Below the pieces are notes generated by a model. That model saw only the letters and a list, made by a program, of their open reading frames with translations, was not told the DNA's origin and searched no databases. From Octopus sinensis (Eukaryota), in the NCBI RefSeq assembly GCF_006345805.1, contig NC_043001.1, positions 102,920,001 to 102,984,000 on the forward strand: a DNA stretch of 64,000 bases. The letters run 5' to 3'. Positions 1 through 12,870 of this stretch are shown piece after piece (the first letter of the stretch is position 1; every line of letters begins with the position of its first letter). The translations under genes and the position numbers were made by a program.

Positions 1-304
1 CTGTTGCCCTACCTAAACTCCAAAATAAAATGGCACTGTATTCAGGGAAAATTTATTCTCACCACTCCCAATGTTCCTTAAGAACATGTCCTGACACATC
101 TTTGCCACCATTTCTCTGTTGCTCTCTTTATCCTACTTTCTGTCTTACCCCACTTTCTTATTCAACTGGAGTATTCCTGTATCTGCTCAACAGCAAGACA
201 CCCATTCCTGTCCCTCTATAACTCTAATCTCTCATCAGATGGTACAAAGCCATCACCCCCTCTCTACTACTCCCTCCTCCCAACTCAGTGAGCCTGCCAG
301 TTCT

Positions 305-535
305 AATGCCATGTAAAAAGAATCAGTGATGGTGCCACGTATAAAGCACTGGTTCTGGTTTCATGTAAAAAGCACCCACTACACTGTAAAATGGTTGGCA
401 TTAGGAAGGGCATCCGGCTGTAGAAACCATGCCAAAACAGACAACGGAGTCTGTTGTGGCTCCTGGCCTTACCAACCCTAGTCAAACCATCCAAACCATG
501 TCAGCATGGAAAATGGATGTTAAATGACAAAGACG
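305..535 (+). mobile_element. 5'-truncated RTE 3' end (old copy)
   Basis: Contains GGTTGGCATTAGGAAGGGCATCC and ends CAGCATGGAAAATGGATGTTAAATGA. Confidence 0.75.
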
Positions 536-1401
536 ATTTACAATTTAACAAAATGGAGGTCCTCAAGCAACCCTCTTTCATTTTGCAGTTCTAAGTAACA
601 ATGGTAAAAATATAACCCAAACAGGTAAGACAACCAACTCTACAATACTCTTACTTAACTGCATTCATTCAGAGAGAGAGCAGAAAGCTCAATATAATCT
701 GAAAGTAGAAACACTAGAAAGCAGCATCAAAATCCCAAATCCCAACACTATTATCTCTGAGCCAACTCAGCTTTCCATAATATATTTGGTGTATAGCCTG
801 TAAGCTGTTACTGAAGAATCCTAATTGGATATCCAAAACATATTGAAACTAGTTAAAAAGAGTTGATTATGCAGAAAGAAATATATTTCACAGTGAAAAA
901 TATTCTATGGTTTAGATAAGTGCAGCAGAGTTAACAATTGAAGCTACTGTTTATCAAATACTGCTGATTGCATGTCATAAGCAAAATTACATGAACGTAT
1001 ATAAACAGAAGATACAAATATTACAGGCATCCCCCCACATACCCACACTAAATAAACATAGACGCACATAGAGATATAAGCATGTGCAAGTGAAGACATA
1101 CAATAGAAATACAAAATGGCTGACGGTTAGTAAGGAGAGACACAAATAAGAAAGAAGAAAACAAAGGACCACTGATGCGGTCACAGGAGTGTGACAAAAG
1201 AACTCTGGTCGAAATAAGATTAAGATTAATGTAAAAAATAAATAACACTGAAGCAAAATAACACCAAATATATAGTGCGTGTGTTTTTATTGGCTAAACT
1301 GGCAAAATGACCATTCCGAAATATAATAATATCTGTTTCAACACACGACTTCACATAAAAAATCTTGCACAACAAACATTTGAACGTATATATATATATA
1401 T

Positions 1402-1902
1402 ATCATCATCATCATCATCATCGTTTAACGTCCGTTTTCCGCGCTAGCACGGGTTGGACGGTTTCGACCGGGGTCTGGGGAGCTAGGGACTGCCCCAGGC
1501 TCCAGTCTAGTCTGGCAGAGTTTCTACGGCTGGATGCCCTTCCTAACGCCAACCACTCCGCGAGTGTAGTGGGTGTTTTTTACGTGCCACCTGCACAGGT
1601 GCCAGAGGGGTCTGGCATCGGCCACGTTCGGATGGTGCTTTTTTTATGTGTGGGGGGGGTGCAGAAATATAGGGGAGCACCAGTGGGGAGGGGTGGTTCA
1701 GAGAAATGATGACAGGTTCTAGGCAAGTAGAACGTAGGATATCAAGAGAGGGGTAATGCATGGTGAAATAGCGTATTGAAGAGGGGGGTTCGAAGAGTAG
1801 ACACCTATTATGGTGGTGGGAGAAGCGACATCCGGTATGGATGGAACAAAAATATAGAGATATCCGGTATTGGTGGTGGGGGTGGGCAGGGCGGGTGCAC
1901 CG
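1402..1902 (-). mobile_element. Composite repeat copy 1: young RTE 3' tail plus ~260-bp non-RTE 5' extension
   Basis: The minus strand ends ...GGAAAACGGACGTTAAAC(GAT)n. It is near-identical to 11627-12125. Confidence 0.8.
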
Positions 1903-2668
1903 CGAATACACGATGGTTGATGAATACACGAGAGGCGAGATGGGTAATGGATAAATTAGTTTAAATAGTTAGATAGATATAGAAATTAGTTAAAAATAGC
2001 TAGATAGATAAGAAAGCATGTATGATTGATGGGGAAGTGAAAATAAATAAATAAGCATTCAACTTATCTGCTAGATGAATGAATGAATGAAAGAGCAGAA
2101 GTTTGGGGCTGCGTTTTTTTTAAGTAAAGATTGTCCGGAGGAAGAAGGCGCGAATACACGATGGTTGATGAATACACGAGAGGCGAGATGGGTAATGGAT
2201 AAATTAGTTAAAATAATTAGATAGATATAGAAATTAGTTAAAAATAGTTAGATAGATAAGAAAGCATGTATGATTGATGGGGAAGTGAAAATAAATAAAT
2301 AAGCATTCAACTTATCTGCTAGATGAATGAATGAATGAAAGAGCAGAAGTTTAGGGCTGCGTTTTTTTTAAGTAAAGATTGTCCGGAGGAAGAAGGCGCG
2401 AATACACGATGGTTGATGAATACACGAGAGGCGAGATGGGTAATGGATAAATTAGTTAAAATAATTAGATAGATATAGAAATTAGTTAAAAAGTTAGATA
2501 GATAAGAAGCATGTATGATTGATGGGGAAGTGAAAATAAATAAATAAGCATTCAACTTATCTGCTAGATGAATGAATGAATGAAAAAGCAGAAGTTTGGG
2601 GCTGCGTTTTTTTTAAGTAAAGATTGTCCGGAGGAAGAAGGCGCGAATACACGATGGTTGATGAATAC
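1901..2668. repeat. Tandem array of a ~248-bp unit (3 copies plus a 27-bp partial)
   Basis: The unit start CGCGAATACACGATGG recurs at 1901, 2149, 2397 and 2642. Copies are nearly identical. Confidence 0.95.
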
Positions 2669-2674
2669 ATATAT

Positions 2675-2722
<48 letters not shown>

Positions 2723-2988
2723 ATGTTTATATATATTATATATGTATTATATGTTTATATATATATATATATAATATATATATATGTGTTATATATATAT
2801 ATATATATATAGTATATATGTTATATATATATATATATGTATATGTTTATATATATATATATATGTATATGTTATATATATATATATATATGTATATGTT
2901 TATATATATATATATATGTATATGTTATATATATATATATATGTATATGTTATATATATATTATATGTATATGTTTATATATATATAT

Positions 2989-3077
<89 letters not shown>
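2669..3077. repeat. (AT)n-rich compound microsatellite
   Basis: (TA)n interrupted by TATG/TGTT units. Confidence 0.97.
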
Positions 3078-3078
<1 letters not shown>

Positions 3079-5957
3079 GATTGATTGATTGATTGATTGA
3101 TTCTAGTTTCAGCTTATGAGCTGTGGCCATGCTGGGGCACCGCCATTTGGTGTTGCTACTTGGTTTCACTTCATGGAGGCTTTCTAGCAACTGCTATTTG
3201 GTGCATGAGAGAGTTCGATGCAGCTGCCCTCATCTGCCCCTCCTGCCGTGAAGTTGGTTCATCTGGGACACCTGACAGGAAGAGATCCAGCTTCATTTTA
3301 AAGACATCTGTATCCACCCCATGCAGTCTCTCAGGTTCTTCGGGAGGATATTGAAGAGCTGTGGGCCTCGGAAGCCCAGGCTATCACAGAATCTGTCCTA
3401 CATCTTGATGGCAGGTTTGGAGTCCTAGGCACCATGCAGTGGCGCCCAGTTCTGGCATTTGCGTAACTCTCGATGCAAAGTTCAGGACACTTCTCTCCAG
3501 GATCTTCCAGATGTATATTATGGCATATCTTTCCCGCCTACGCTCCAGGGAATATAATTTTAAATCTCTTGAGTCTTTCCCAGTAGCTTACATTCTGCAT
3601 AGAGGCTATCTTCTTTGTGTAGCTTCGTTGGATCGCCTCAAGTTCTGTGATCAACTTGACACTGGATGGTGACCATAGCTGAGAGCAATAGTCAAAGTGG
3701 CTTAGGACAAGTGTCTTCCAGAGGACCATCATGGTTTCTTGTTCTCTTGTTCTAAAGGTTCTAAGAATCCATCCAGCCAGCCGTCTACATTTCATTGTCA
3801 GTTTAGCAACATGTACATGAAAGGTCGCGTCATCACTCATGTGAATACCCAGGTCACGCACTGATTGTGCCTCTGGGATTGCAATCCCTCCGGGTCCATT
3901 GGGTATTGCATTCAGTTTTGCATGCTGATAGTATAAAGCTTGAAACTTTCCAGCATTGAACTGCATGCTATTCTTTTCAGCCCACTTGTATATTTCGTCC
4001 AGCTCACATTGCAGGTGTTTAGTGTCCTCAGGGTTCTGTATTGCCTGTGAAACTTTTGTATCATCTGCATAACTTGTGATCGTGGCTCTCTGCGTGGCTG
4101 AGGGCATGTCTGAGAGGGCCATTATGAACAGTAGTGGTCCCAGAACAGTGCCCTGCGGAACACCGCTCACTATTTGTGTGTTAATGGAGGTGGCCCCATT
4201 GGTTACTACCACCTGACTTCTATCCTTCAAAAGTCATGAAGCCATTCTCCCAGTTTTCCAACTATGTTGAGATCCACGCAGTTTGTGACATATCATTCCA
4301 TGATCGACTTTATCAAAGGCCTTTGCAAAGTCGAGATATATCACTTCCACATTTGAGTGGTTGCAGCCGTTTCAGCACCCAGTCATAGTGTTGTAGGAGC
4401 TGAGTTAAACAGCTTCTCTCCCTGGTCGGAAACCATGTTGGTTGTCGGGCAGCAAGTCATTCTCTTCAAGGAAGGTGATCAGCTTCCTTCTGACTATTCG
4501 TTCCATGACCTTGCTGATGTGTGAGGTCAGAGAGATAGGTCTATAGTTCTTGGCTTCCGCTCTGCTACCTCCTTTATGAATGGGGCATATTTACCTTCCT
4601 TCAGTTTTCCTGGAAGTTTGCCAGCTGCAAGGAAGCTCTGAAAGAGGAACTGCAGTGGTCTTGCTAGGACTCTCTTACATGCATGCTTTTAGGAGGATTG
4701 CCGGGAATCCATCGGGGCCAGTAGCTGAGTCTGTTTTCATTTCATCTATAGCCTTGGTTACATCGTCTTCCTTTATATCGATGTAATCTATCGTCGCCGC
4801 CTCTGATTTTATATCTGCAGTGGTAAAAAAGTCAGTTGGATTGGTGATTTGGAGATGCCCAAGGGGTGGAGTGAAAACACTCTTGAATTGCTCATTCAGT
4901 ATTTCACTTACCCTCATTGGTTTTCCTGTAAGTGTGCCATCCTTTTCGAGGAGTGGCCCTATTCTACAGTGCACTGTAGATGTTTCTTTGGCATACCTGT
5001 AGAAAGCTCTGGGGTTAGATTTTATGTTTTCTATAGCCCAGGCTTCTTTGTCTGCTCTTTCTTTTTCATCATGGGAGAGTTGCAGACATTTTTCGATTTC
5101 CAACAGTTTTATTTTTAGGCGGGACTTTTCACTGCTTTCAATCTGTTTGTTTAGGCGATTTGAAAATTTCGTACGCCGTCTCATTAAAATTTTCCTCTCT
5201 CTGGGGATTTTGTTCTTTGTACAGTGGCCTTTCTCTTTCTCTTTTGGGACTGGATTATTGCATATGGCTTGCTTGCAGACAATTGTTGAAGTTTCACGTC
5301 GATGTCTGGCGAGGAGAGACATTTAGGCCAGTTTTGTTTTAGGATCTCTTTCTCAATTTGTTTCCAGTTTGCCTTATGGTAGTTCAAGCTGGAAATATTT
5401 TGAGGGTTTCTTGTAGGCTGCATGTCCGTGCTCTCTTTTGGCCCGTACATGGTCAGCTCTATCATGTTGTGATCCGAGAGTAGTGTCGGTGTCACTTTCA
5501 CATTATGGATGAGATCCATGTCATTTGTGAAGCAGAGATCCAGTGTGTTACCTGCCCTGGTTGGTTGGAGTATTATCTGCTCCATGTACAGGGTGTTGAT
5601 GAGGTTCAGGAGGGACCTCGCCTGTCCTCATTCACATCTTGTCATTCCTGGGAGAGAAAGGCCCTTGGGCCATCTGACATTGGGCAGATTGAAGTCTCCC
5701 ATAAGAAGCACACCTATGTGTTGTTCTAATGTGGTTAGAATTCTTCTATTTTATAAGGCAGTCTTCAACTTGCCCACATGGCTTGGGGCATCTGGAGGGC
5801 GATATGTAGCACACACAACTACATCAAGTTGCCTAATATGTACAATTAGTGTGTCACACACCGAGTTTGAGTATGACAAGAGGACCTGGGGTGTGAGGTC
5901 CTCACGGATTACATAGCAACACCTCCATGACTCCTTTCTTTCCTGTCGGTCCGTAGT
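3078..5957 (-). mobile_element. CR1-group (Jockey superfamily) LINE, frameshifted ORF2 (APE + RT) with intact 3' end; cut off by the assembly gap
   Basis: Minus-strand ORFs contain the APE motifs TYRPP and TLDLCFTN...SDH and the RT motifs SGVPQGTVLGPLLF, YADDTK and DYCSQLWSP. The 3' UTR ends GGTGCCCCAGCATGGCC-hairpin-(TCAA)n. Confidence 0.92.
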
Positions 5958-6057
5958 NNNNNNNNNNNNNNNNNNNNNNNNNNNNNNNNNNNNNNNNNNN
6001 NNNNNNNNNNNNNNNNNNNNNNNNNNNNNNNNNNNNNNNNNNNNNNNNNNNNNNNNN
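5958..6057. other. Assembly gap (100 N)
   Basis: Run of exactly 100 n, typical of a scaffolding placeholder of unknown true size. Confidence 0.97.
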
Positions 6058-7110
6058 TTTATGATACCTTGTATTGTGTGGGGAGACCACAGTGGACAAC
6101 AGTATTCAAGTGGGTCGGGCAAAAGTGGAGAGAGAAGGATAATGGTGTGGATATCTCTCGACTGGAAAGTTCTGAGAATCCAGGAACACTTCTCGGGCCA
6201 TGTCAACTTTGGTGTTTATATGAGTGGCCCAGCTTACGTTGTTGTCCAACATTACTCCCAAGTCTTGATGTTGTTGGACGCCGCGAGAGTTTCACCTGAA
6301 GGAAGGGAGTATGGGAGTTTCAGGGCATCCTCTTTTCCAAGTGGATTAGCTCAAATTTATCCTCGTTCAGCAGGCATATTGTTTTTTCTGCCCATTGGAT
6401 AACAGCCAGTAGATCTGACTGAAGGCATGTCCGGTCACTCGCCTCATTTTGACCTTCGTAGCTTGGAGTCATCTGCAAAGATTTTTATGTTGCTGTGCTT
6501 GATGATGTCATTATGTCATTAATGTAAATGATGAAAGAAGTGGGCCCAGCACAGTGCCTTGCGGAACGCCACTACTGACTTTGGCTGGGCTTGATTTTAC
6601 CCCTTCAACCTACAAATGTTGAGATCTGTCTGTCAGGGAAACACTCAATCCATTTCAGTAAACTTTCCAGAGACACCAATGTTGGATAGTTTTTTCAATA
6701 GGATCTTGTGATCGACCCTGTCGAAGGCCTACTGAAATCAAGGTAGAGTGACCATCGGTGTTGGAGCCCTCTTCCAAAGCTCTCAAAATGTCCTCAAAGT
6801 GATGCAGGAGCTGCGTTAGGCAGTCCCTTCCATTACGGAAAACCCAGTTGGTTGGAGATCAGCCGTCTGTTGCTTTCCAGAAATTGGGTATTCGAGATCT
6901 CACCACCCTCTCAAATACCTTGATGATATGAGAGGTGAGTGAGATCGGGCGGTAATTCACTGCAAGGGACTGTTTCCCTTTTGAAAACTGGGACAACAGA
7001 CTGGGACAGAAGGTTTTTTGGAATATAGCCAGCATCCAGTGAGTTTCTCCACAGATTAGCAAGGGGAGATGCAAGTTGGTTGTCGACACACCTTCAGGAC
7101 ACAAGCAGGG
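6058..7110 (-). mobile_element. Second CR1-group LINE fragment (RT region, internally deleted; different subfamily)
   Basis: Minus-strand peptides NYRPISLTSHIIKVFERVVRSRI and WILRTFQSRD...LEYCCPLWSPH. Confidence 0.85.
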
Positions 7111-7205
7111 AATCTACGGGGCCCCTACTGCTGAATGTGTTTTATTTCGTTTATCGCCGCTAAGACATCAGGGGCACTAACGTTATGTCCGCTATAGTGT
7201 GTCCG

Positions 7206-7268
7206 ATATAGATATATATATATATATATATATTATATGTATATATATATATATATGTATATATATAT

Positions 7269-7303
<35 letters not shown>

Positions 7304-7335
7304 TACATACATATATTATATATATACACATATGC

Positions 7336-7366
<31 letters not shown>

Positions 7367-7546
7367 CATATGTATATATATATACATATGATATATATAT
7401 ACATATGTATATATATATACATATGTATATATATATATATATGTATATATATATACATATGTATATATATATACTATGTATATATATATACATAATGATA
7501 TATATATATATGTACATATATTATACATATGTTATACATATATATG

Positions 7547-7578
<32 letters not shown>

Positions 7579-7882
7579 TTATATGTATATATATATACAT
7601 ATGTATATATATACATATGTATATATATATATATGTACAATATATATATATATGTACATATATATATTATATGTACATATAATATATATGTACATATATA
7701 TATATATGTACATATATATATATATATGATATATATAATATAGTATATATATATATAGTATATATATACATATGTATATATATATATATATGTATATATA
7801 TACATATGTATATATATATATATGATATATATACATATGTATAATATACATATGTATATATATATATAGATATGTACATATA
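7206..7882. repeat. (AT)n/(TACA)n compound microsatellite
   Basis: Seen directly. Confidence 0.97.
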
Positions 7883-9135
7883 TCCTTAAAAATCCTTAAA
7901 AAATGTTTTAGCCCGAAGGCCGCGGCCATGCTGGGGCACCACCGCTGAATGAGCTACACTAGTTTGTGAACACCTCTGATACGTGGCACTTGATCAACAA
8001 GGGAGTTCGATGCTGCTGCCGCATCCGTGTCTCCTGTCGTGAGGTAGGTTCATCTGGGACTCCCAACAAGAAGAGATCCAGTTTAGTTTTAAAGAAACCC
8101 ACATCCACACATGTAAGTCTCTCAGGCATTTAGGGAGGATGTTAAAGAGCTGTGGTCCTCTGAAACCTAAGCTGTTGCAGTATCTGGACCTGTATTTTGA
8201 TGGTGATGTTGGAATCCTTGGCACCACGCAGCGGCGCCCCGTTCTGCGGTTGGAGTAACTTTGAATGCCAAAGTTTGGGACAAGACCCTCCAGGATTTTC
8301 CAGATATATCACTGCATATCTCTCCCGCCTCCGCTCCAGGGAGAAGAGGTTTAATACCTTCAGTCTTTCCCAGTAGCTGACATTTTGCATTGAGACGATT
8401 TTCTTTGTGTAGCTTCTCTGAGTTGCTTCGAGTTCTGCTGTTTGTTTTATATTGTGTGGTGACCAAAGTTGGGAGCAGTAGTCCAAGCGGCTGAGGACAA
8501 ATGTTTTCCATAGGACCATCAGTGTCTCCTTCTCTCTTGTTCTGAAAGTTCGGAGAATCCATCCAGCTAGCCGTCTGCATTTTATCACCAGATTAGCAAT
8601 ATGCATTTGGAAAGATGCATCATTGCTCATGTCAATGCCCAGGTCACGCACTGATTTTGACTCAGGGATTGCAATTCTTCCTGGGCCAGTGTATCCAGTT
8701 CTTCACATCATTTACCTTTGTGTGCCAGTAGCGCAGGGCCTGGAACTTACCTGCATTAAACTGCATGTTGTTGTCCTCGCCCACCTGTATATTGTGTCCA
8801 GCTCATGTTGCAGATGCGCAATATTTTCAGGGTTTTGTATTGCGTGGGAGACTTTTGTGTCATCTGCATAGCTAGCAAGGGTGGTCATTGTAGCAATTGA
8901 AGGCATGTCTGAAAGGGCCACTATGAACATCAGTGGCCCAAGACAGTGGGGACACGCTTGTTATTTGCGTTCCCTGGAGGTGGCTCCATTGCTCACAACT
9001 GCCTGTTTTCTGTCTTTTAGGAAGTTGTGCAGCCACTCTCCAAGTTTCGCCTATGCCGAGACCACGCAGTTTGTGACAGATCATACCATGGTCGACTTTA
9101 TCGAAGGCTTTTGCAAAGTCAAGATATATTACATC
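7883..9135 (-). mobile_element. Third CR1-group LINE, 5'-truncated, with its own 3' tail
   Basis: Peptides DVIYLDFAKAFDKVDHG, LASYADDTK, RLDYCSQLWSP and ERRRERYAVIY. The 3' end is GGTGCCCCAGCATGGCCGCGGCCTTCGGGCTAAAAC followed by (TTTTTAAGGA)2. Confidence 0.9.
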
Positions 9136-9570
9136 CACATTATATATATATATATAATATATATATAAGATATGTATAGTATGTAGGATGATATATGGAT
9201 ATCGATATGTATAATATATATAGGTATATATATGTATATATATATGTATAGAGTATATATATGTATATATATGGTATATTATATTATAATGTATATATAG
9301 ATATGTATAGATTAGTGTATATAGATAGAGGTGTATATATGTATAGATATAGATATAGATAGTAGATATATATATATGTATATATATATGTATATGAGCG
9401 TAGATATATATATGTATATGATATATATTGTATATAGATGTTATATATATATTGTATATATATATATCGTATATAGTATAGATATGGATATATATATATA
9501 TATCTATATATATAGATATAATATATATATTATTATGTATCTATATATGTATATATTGATATATATATAT

Positions 9571-9602
<32 letters not shown>

Positions 9603-9719
9603 ATATCTATATATTATATATAATATATATGGATATATATTATTTATATATATATATATGATATTATTATATATATCTATATGTATATTATATATGTATA
9701 TCTATATATATATATAATA

Positions 9720-9751
<32 letters not shown>

Positions 9752-9949
9752 CTATATATATATATATATATGTTATATATATTATATATAGATATATTAT
9801 ATATGTATATATATATATATCTATATATATATATGTTATATATTATATATATATATATATATATATGTATATAGATACCTATATAGTGATATAGTATATT
9901 ATTTATATAGTATATATGTATACTATATATATTGTAGAATATGTATATA

Positions 9950-9990
<41 letters not shown>

Positions 9991-10184
9991 ATATATATAT
10001 TATATATATATTAGATCTATATATATATTCTGTATATATATATTGTATATGTATATATATATATGTGTATATGTATTATATATATGTGTATATATATATA
10101 TATAATCTATATATATATAATATATATGGTATATGTATATATTATATATATGTATATATATCATGATATATGTATATATAGATC

Positions 10185-10225
<41 letters not shown>

Positions 10226-10293
10226 GTAATAGATATATATATATATATATATATATATAGATATTATATAATATATATATATATATGTATATA

Positions 10294-10325
<32 letters not shown>

Positions 10326-10454
10326 ATATATGTATATATATATATATAGTATATATATATAATATATAATATATATATATATATATATATAATATATATA
10401 TATATGTATATTATATATATATGTATATATATATATATGTGTATATATGTATAT

Positions 10455-10492
<38 letters not shown>

Positions 10493-10506
10493 ATGTAATA
10501 TATATG

Positions 10507-10543
<37 letters not shown>

Positions 10544-10556
10544 GTATATATATATG

Positions 10557-10589
<33 letters not shown>

Positions 10590-10741
10590 GTATATATATA
10601 TATGTATATGTATATATATATATGTATATATATATGTATATATAATATATATGTATATATATATATATGTATATAATATATATATGTATATATATATATG
10701 TATATATATATATGTATATATATATATATTATATATATATG

Positions 10742-10834
<93 letters not shown>

Positions 10835-11189
10835 GGTTATATATATATATATATATATGTTTATATATATAATATATATGTTTATATATATATATATTAT
10901 ATATATAATATATATATGTTTATATATATATATATATATATGTAATATATATGTTTATATATATATATATATATATATGTTTATATATATATATATATAT
11001 ATGTTTATATATATATATATATTAGTTATATATATATATATATGTTTATATATATATATATATATATGTTTATATATATATATATATATATATATATGTT
11101 AATATATATTATATATATGTTTATATATATATATATATATGTTTATATTATATATATATATATATGTTTATATATATATTATATATGTT

Positions 11190-11220
<31 letters not shown>

Positions 11221-11337
11221 GTTTATATATATATATATATGTATAATATATATATCATATATATATGTTTATATATATATATATATGTTTATATTATATA
11301 TATATATGTTTATATATATATATATATATGTTACTTA

Positions 11338-11370
<33 letters not shown>

Positions 11371-11397
11371 GTTTATATATATATATATATATATGTT

Positions 11398-11442
<45 letters not shown>

Positions 11443-11448
11443 TATATA

Positions 11449-11480
<32 letters not shown>

Positions 11481-11626
11481 GTTTATATATATATAATATA
11501 TATATATATATTATATATATATATATTATATATATATTATATATAATATATATATATATGTTTATATATATATAGATATATATATATATATGTTTATATA
11601 TATATATATATATATATATGTTTATA
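9136..11626. repeat. ~2.5-kb (AT)n compound microsatellite; the first ~1 kb is irregular and may be low-quality consensus
   Basis: Seen directly. It is the source of the Ile/Tyr-rich pseudo-ORFs. Confidence 0.97.
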
Positions 11627-12125
11627 ATCATCATCATCATCATCATCATCGTTTAACGTCCGTTTTCGCGCTAGCACGGGTTGGACGGGTTCGACCGGGG
11701 TCTGGGGAGCTAGGGACTGCCCCAGGCTCCAGTCTAGTCTGGCAGTGTTTCTACAGCTGGATGCCCTTCCTAACGCCAACCACTCCGCGAGTGTAGTGGG
11801 GTTTTTTACGTGCCACCTGCACAGGTGCCAGAGGGGTCTGGCATCGGCCACGTTCGGATGGTGCTTTTATGTGGGGGGGGTGCAGAAATATATAGGGGAG
11901 CACCAGTGGGGAGGGGTGGTTCAGAGAAATGATGACAGGTTCTAGGCAAGTAGAACGTAGGATATCAAGAGAGGGGTAATGCATGGTGAAATAGCGTGTT
12001 GAAGAGGGGGTTCGAAGAGTAGACACCTATAATGGTGGTGGGAGAAGCGACATCCGGTATAGATGGAACAAAAATATAGAGATATCCGGTATTGGTGGTG
12101 GGGGTGGGCAAGGGCGGGTGCACCG
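11627..12125 (-). mobile_element. Composite repeat copy 2
   Basis: Aligns end to end with 1402-1902 with only about a dozen substitutions or 1-2 nt indels by eye. Confidence 0.8.
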
Positions 12126-12544
12126 GGAATATGCGAAGGTTGAACTCTAGAGAAACGGGCGGGAATGGCGATGTTTTTAGGGTGGCATATAGAAAGAAAA
12201 GGAAAGCAAAGCAGATTGGTGGTTATAAGTTCAAAACATTAATCTGCTTAATGTTTATATATATATATAACTAACAACATTAAAAACGATAACAAACCTA
12301 ATAAAAACAACATTGTGAAAATTAATAAAATTAAGAATACTAACATGACTAATAATAATAATAATAATAACAATAATAATCTTAATATTAATAAGAATAA
12401 AAATAACAAACCCCAAAGAAGCAATATAACTCCAGTGAAGAATAATAACACCAAGCCATATAACTTAAGAAAACCGTACAGAAATAATCTCAATAAAACT
12501 GACACTAACAATAATAAAAATAAAAGTAACTATATAATGTGTGA

Positions 12545-12870
12545 TAAGAAGCATGTTTCCCAACCACATGGTTCCGGGTTCAGTCCCACAGTGTGGCACC
12601 TTGGGCAAGTGTCATCTACTGTAGCCTCTGGTCAACCAAAGCCTTGTCAGTGGATTTGGTAGACGGAAACTGATAGAAGCCCATGGTATGTATACATGTA
12701 TATCTGTATATGTGTGTGTGTTTGCCCCCCTCCTATCACTTGACAACCAATGTTGGTGTGTTTACATCCCCATAACTTAGTGAGAAAAAGTACAAGGCTT
12801 ATAAAGAATAAGTCCTGGGGTTGATTTGTTCACCTAAAGGCGGTGCTCCAGCATGGTCGCAGTCAAAATG
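12545..12870 (+). mobile_element. tRNA-derived SINE with CORE-like middle and CR1-group-type tail
   Basis: B-box-like GGGTTCAGTCCC, CCTTGGGCAAGTGTC, and tail GGCGGTGCTCCAGCATGG. Confidence 0.8.

Noticed and set aside
9136-10300. Irregular G-containing variants within the (AT)n tract suggesting a hidden higher-order repeat
   Set aside because: No stable period is visible, and the pattern is consistent with noisy consensus over a microsatellite.
2580-11649. Dozens of Ile/Tyr-rich ORFs of 60-177 aa
   Set aside because: They are translations of (AT)n microsatellite, which lacks stop codons in several frames.
12315-12662. Asn-rich 115-aa ORF with a YNLR motif
   Set aside because: It is mostly (AAT/AAC)n low complexity and runs into a SINE head.
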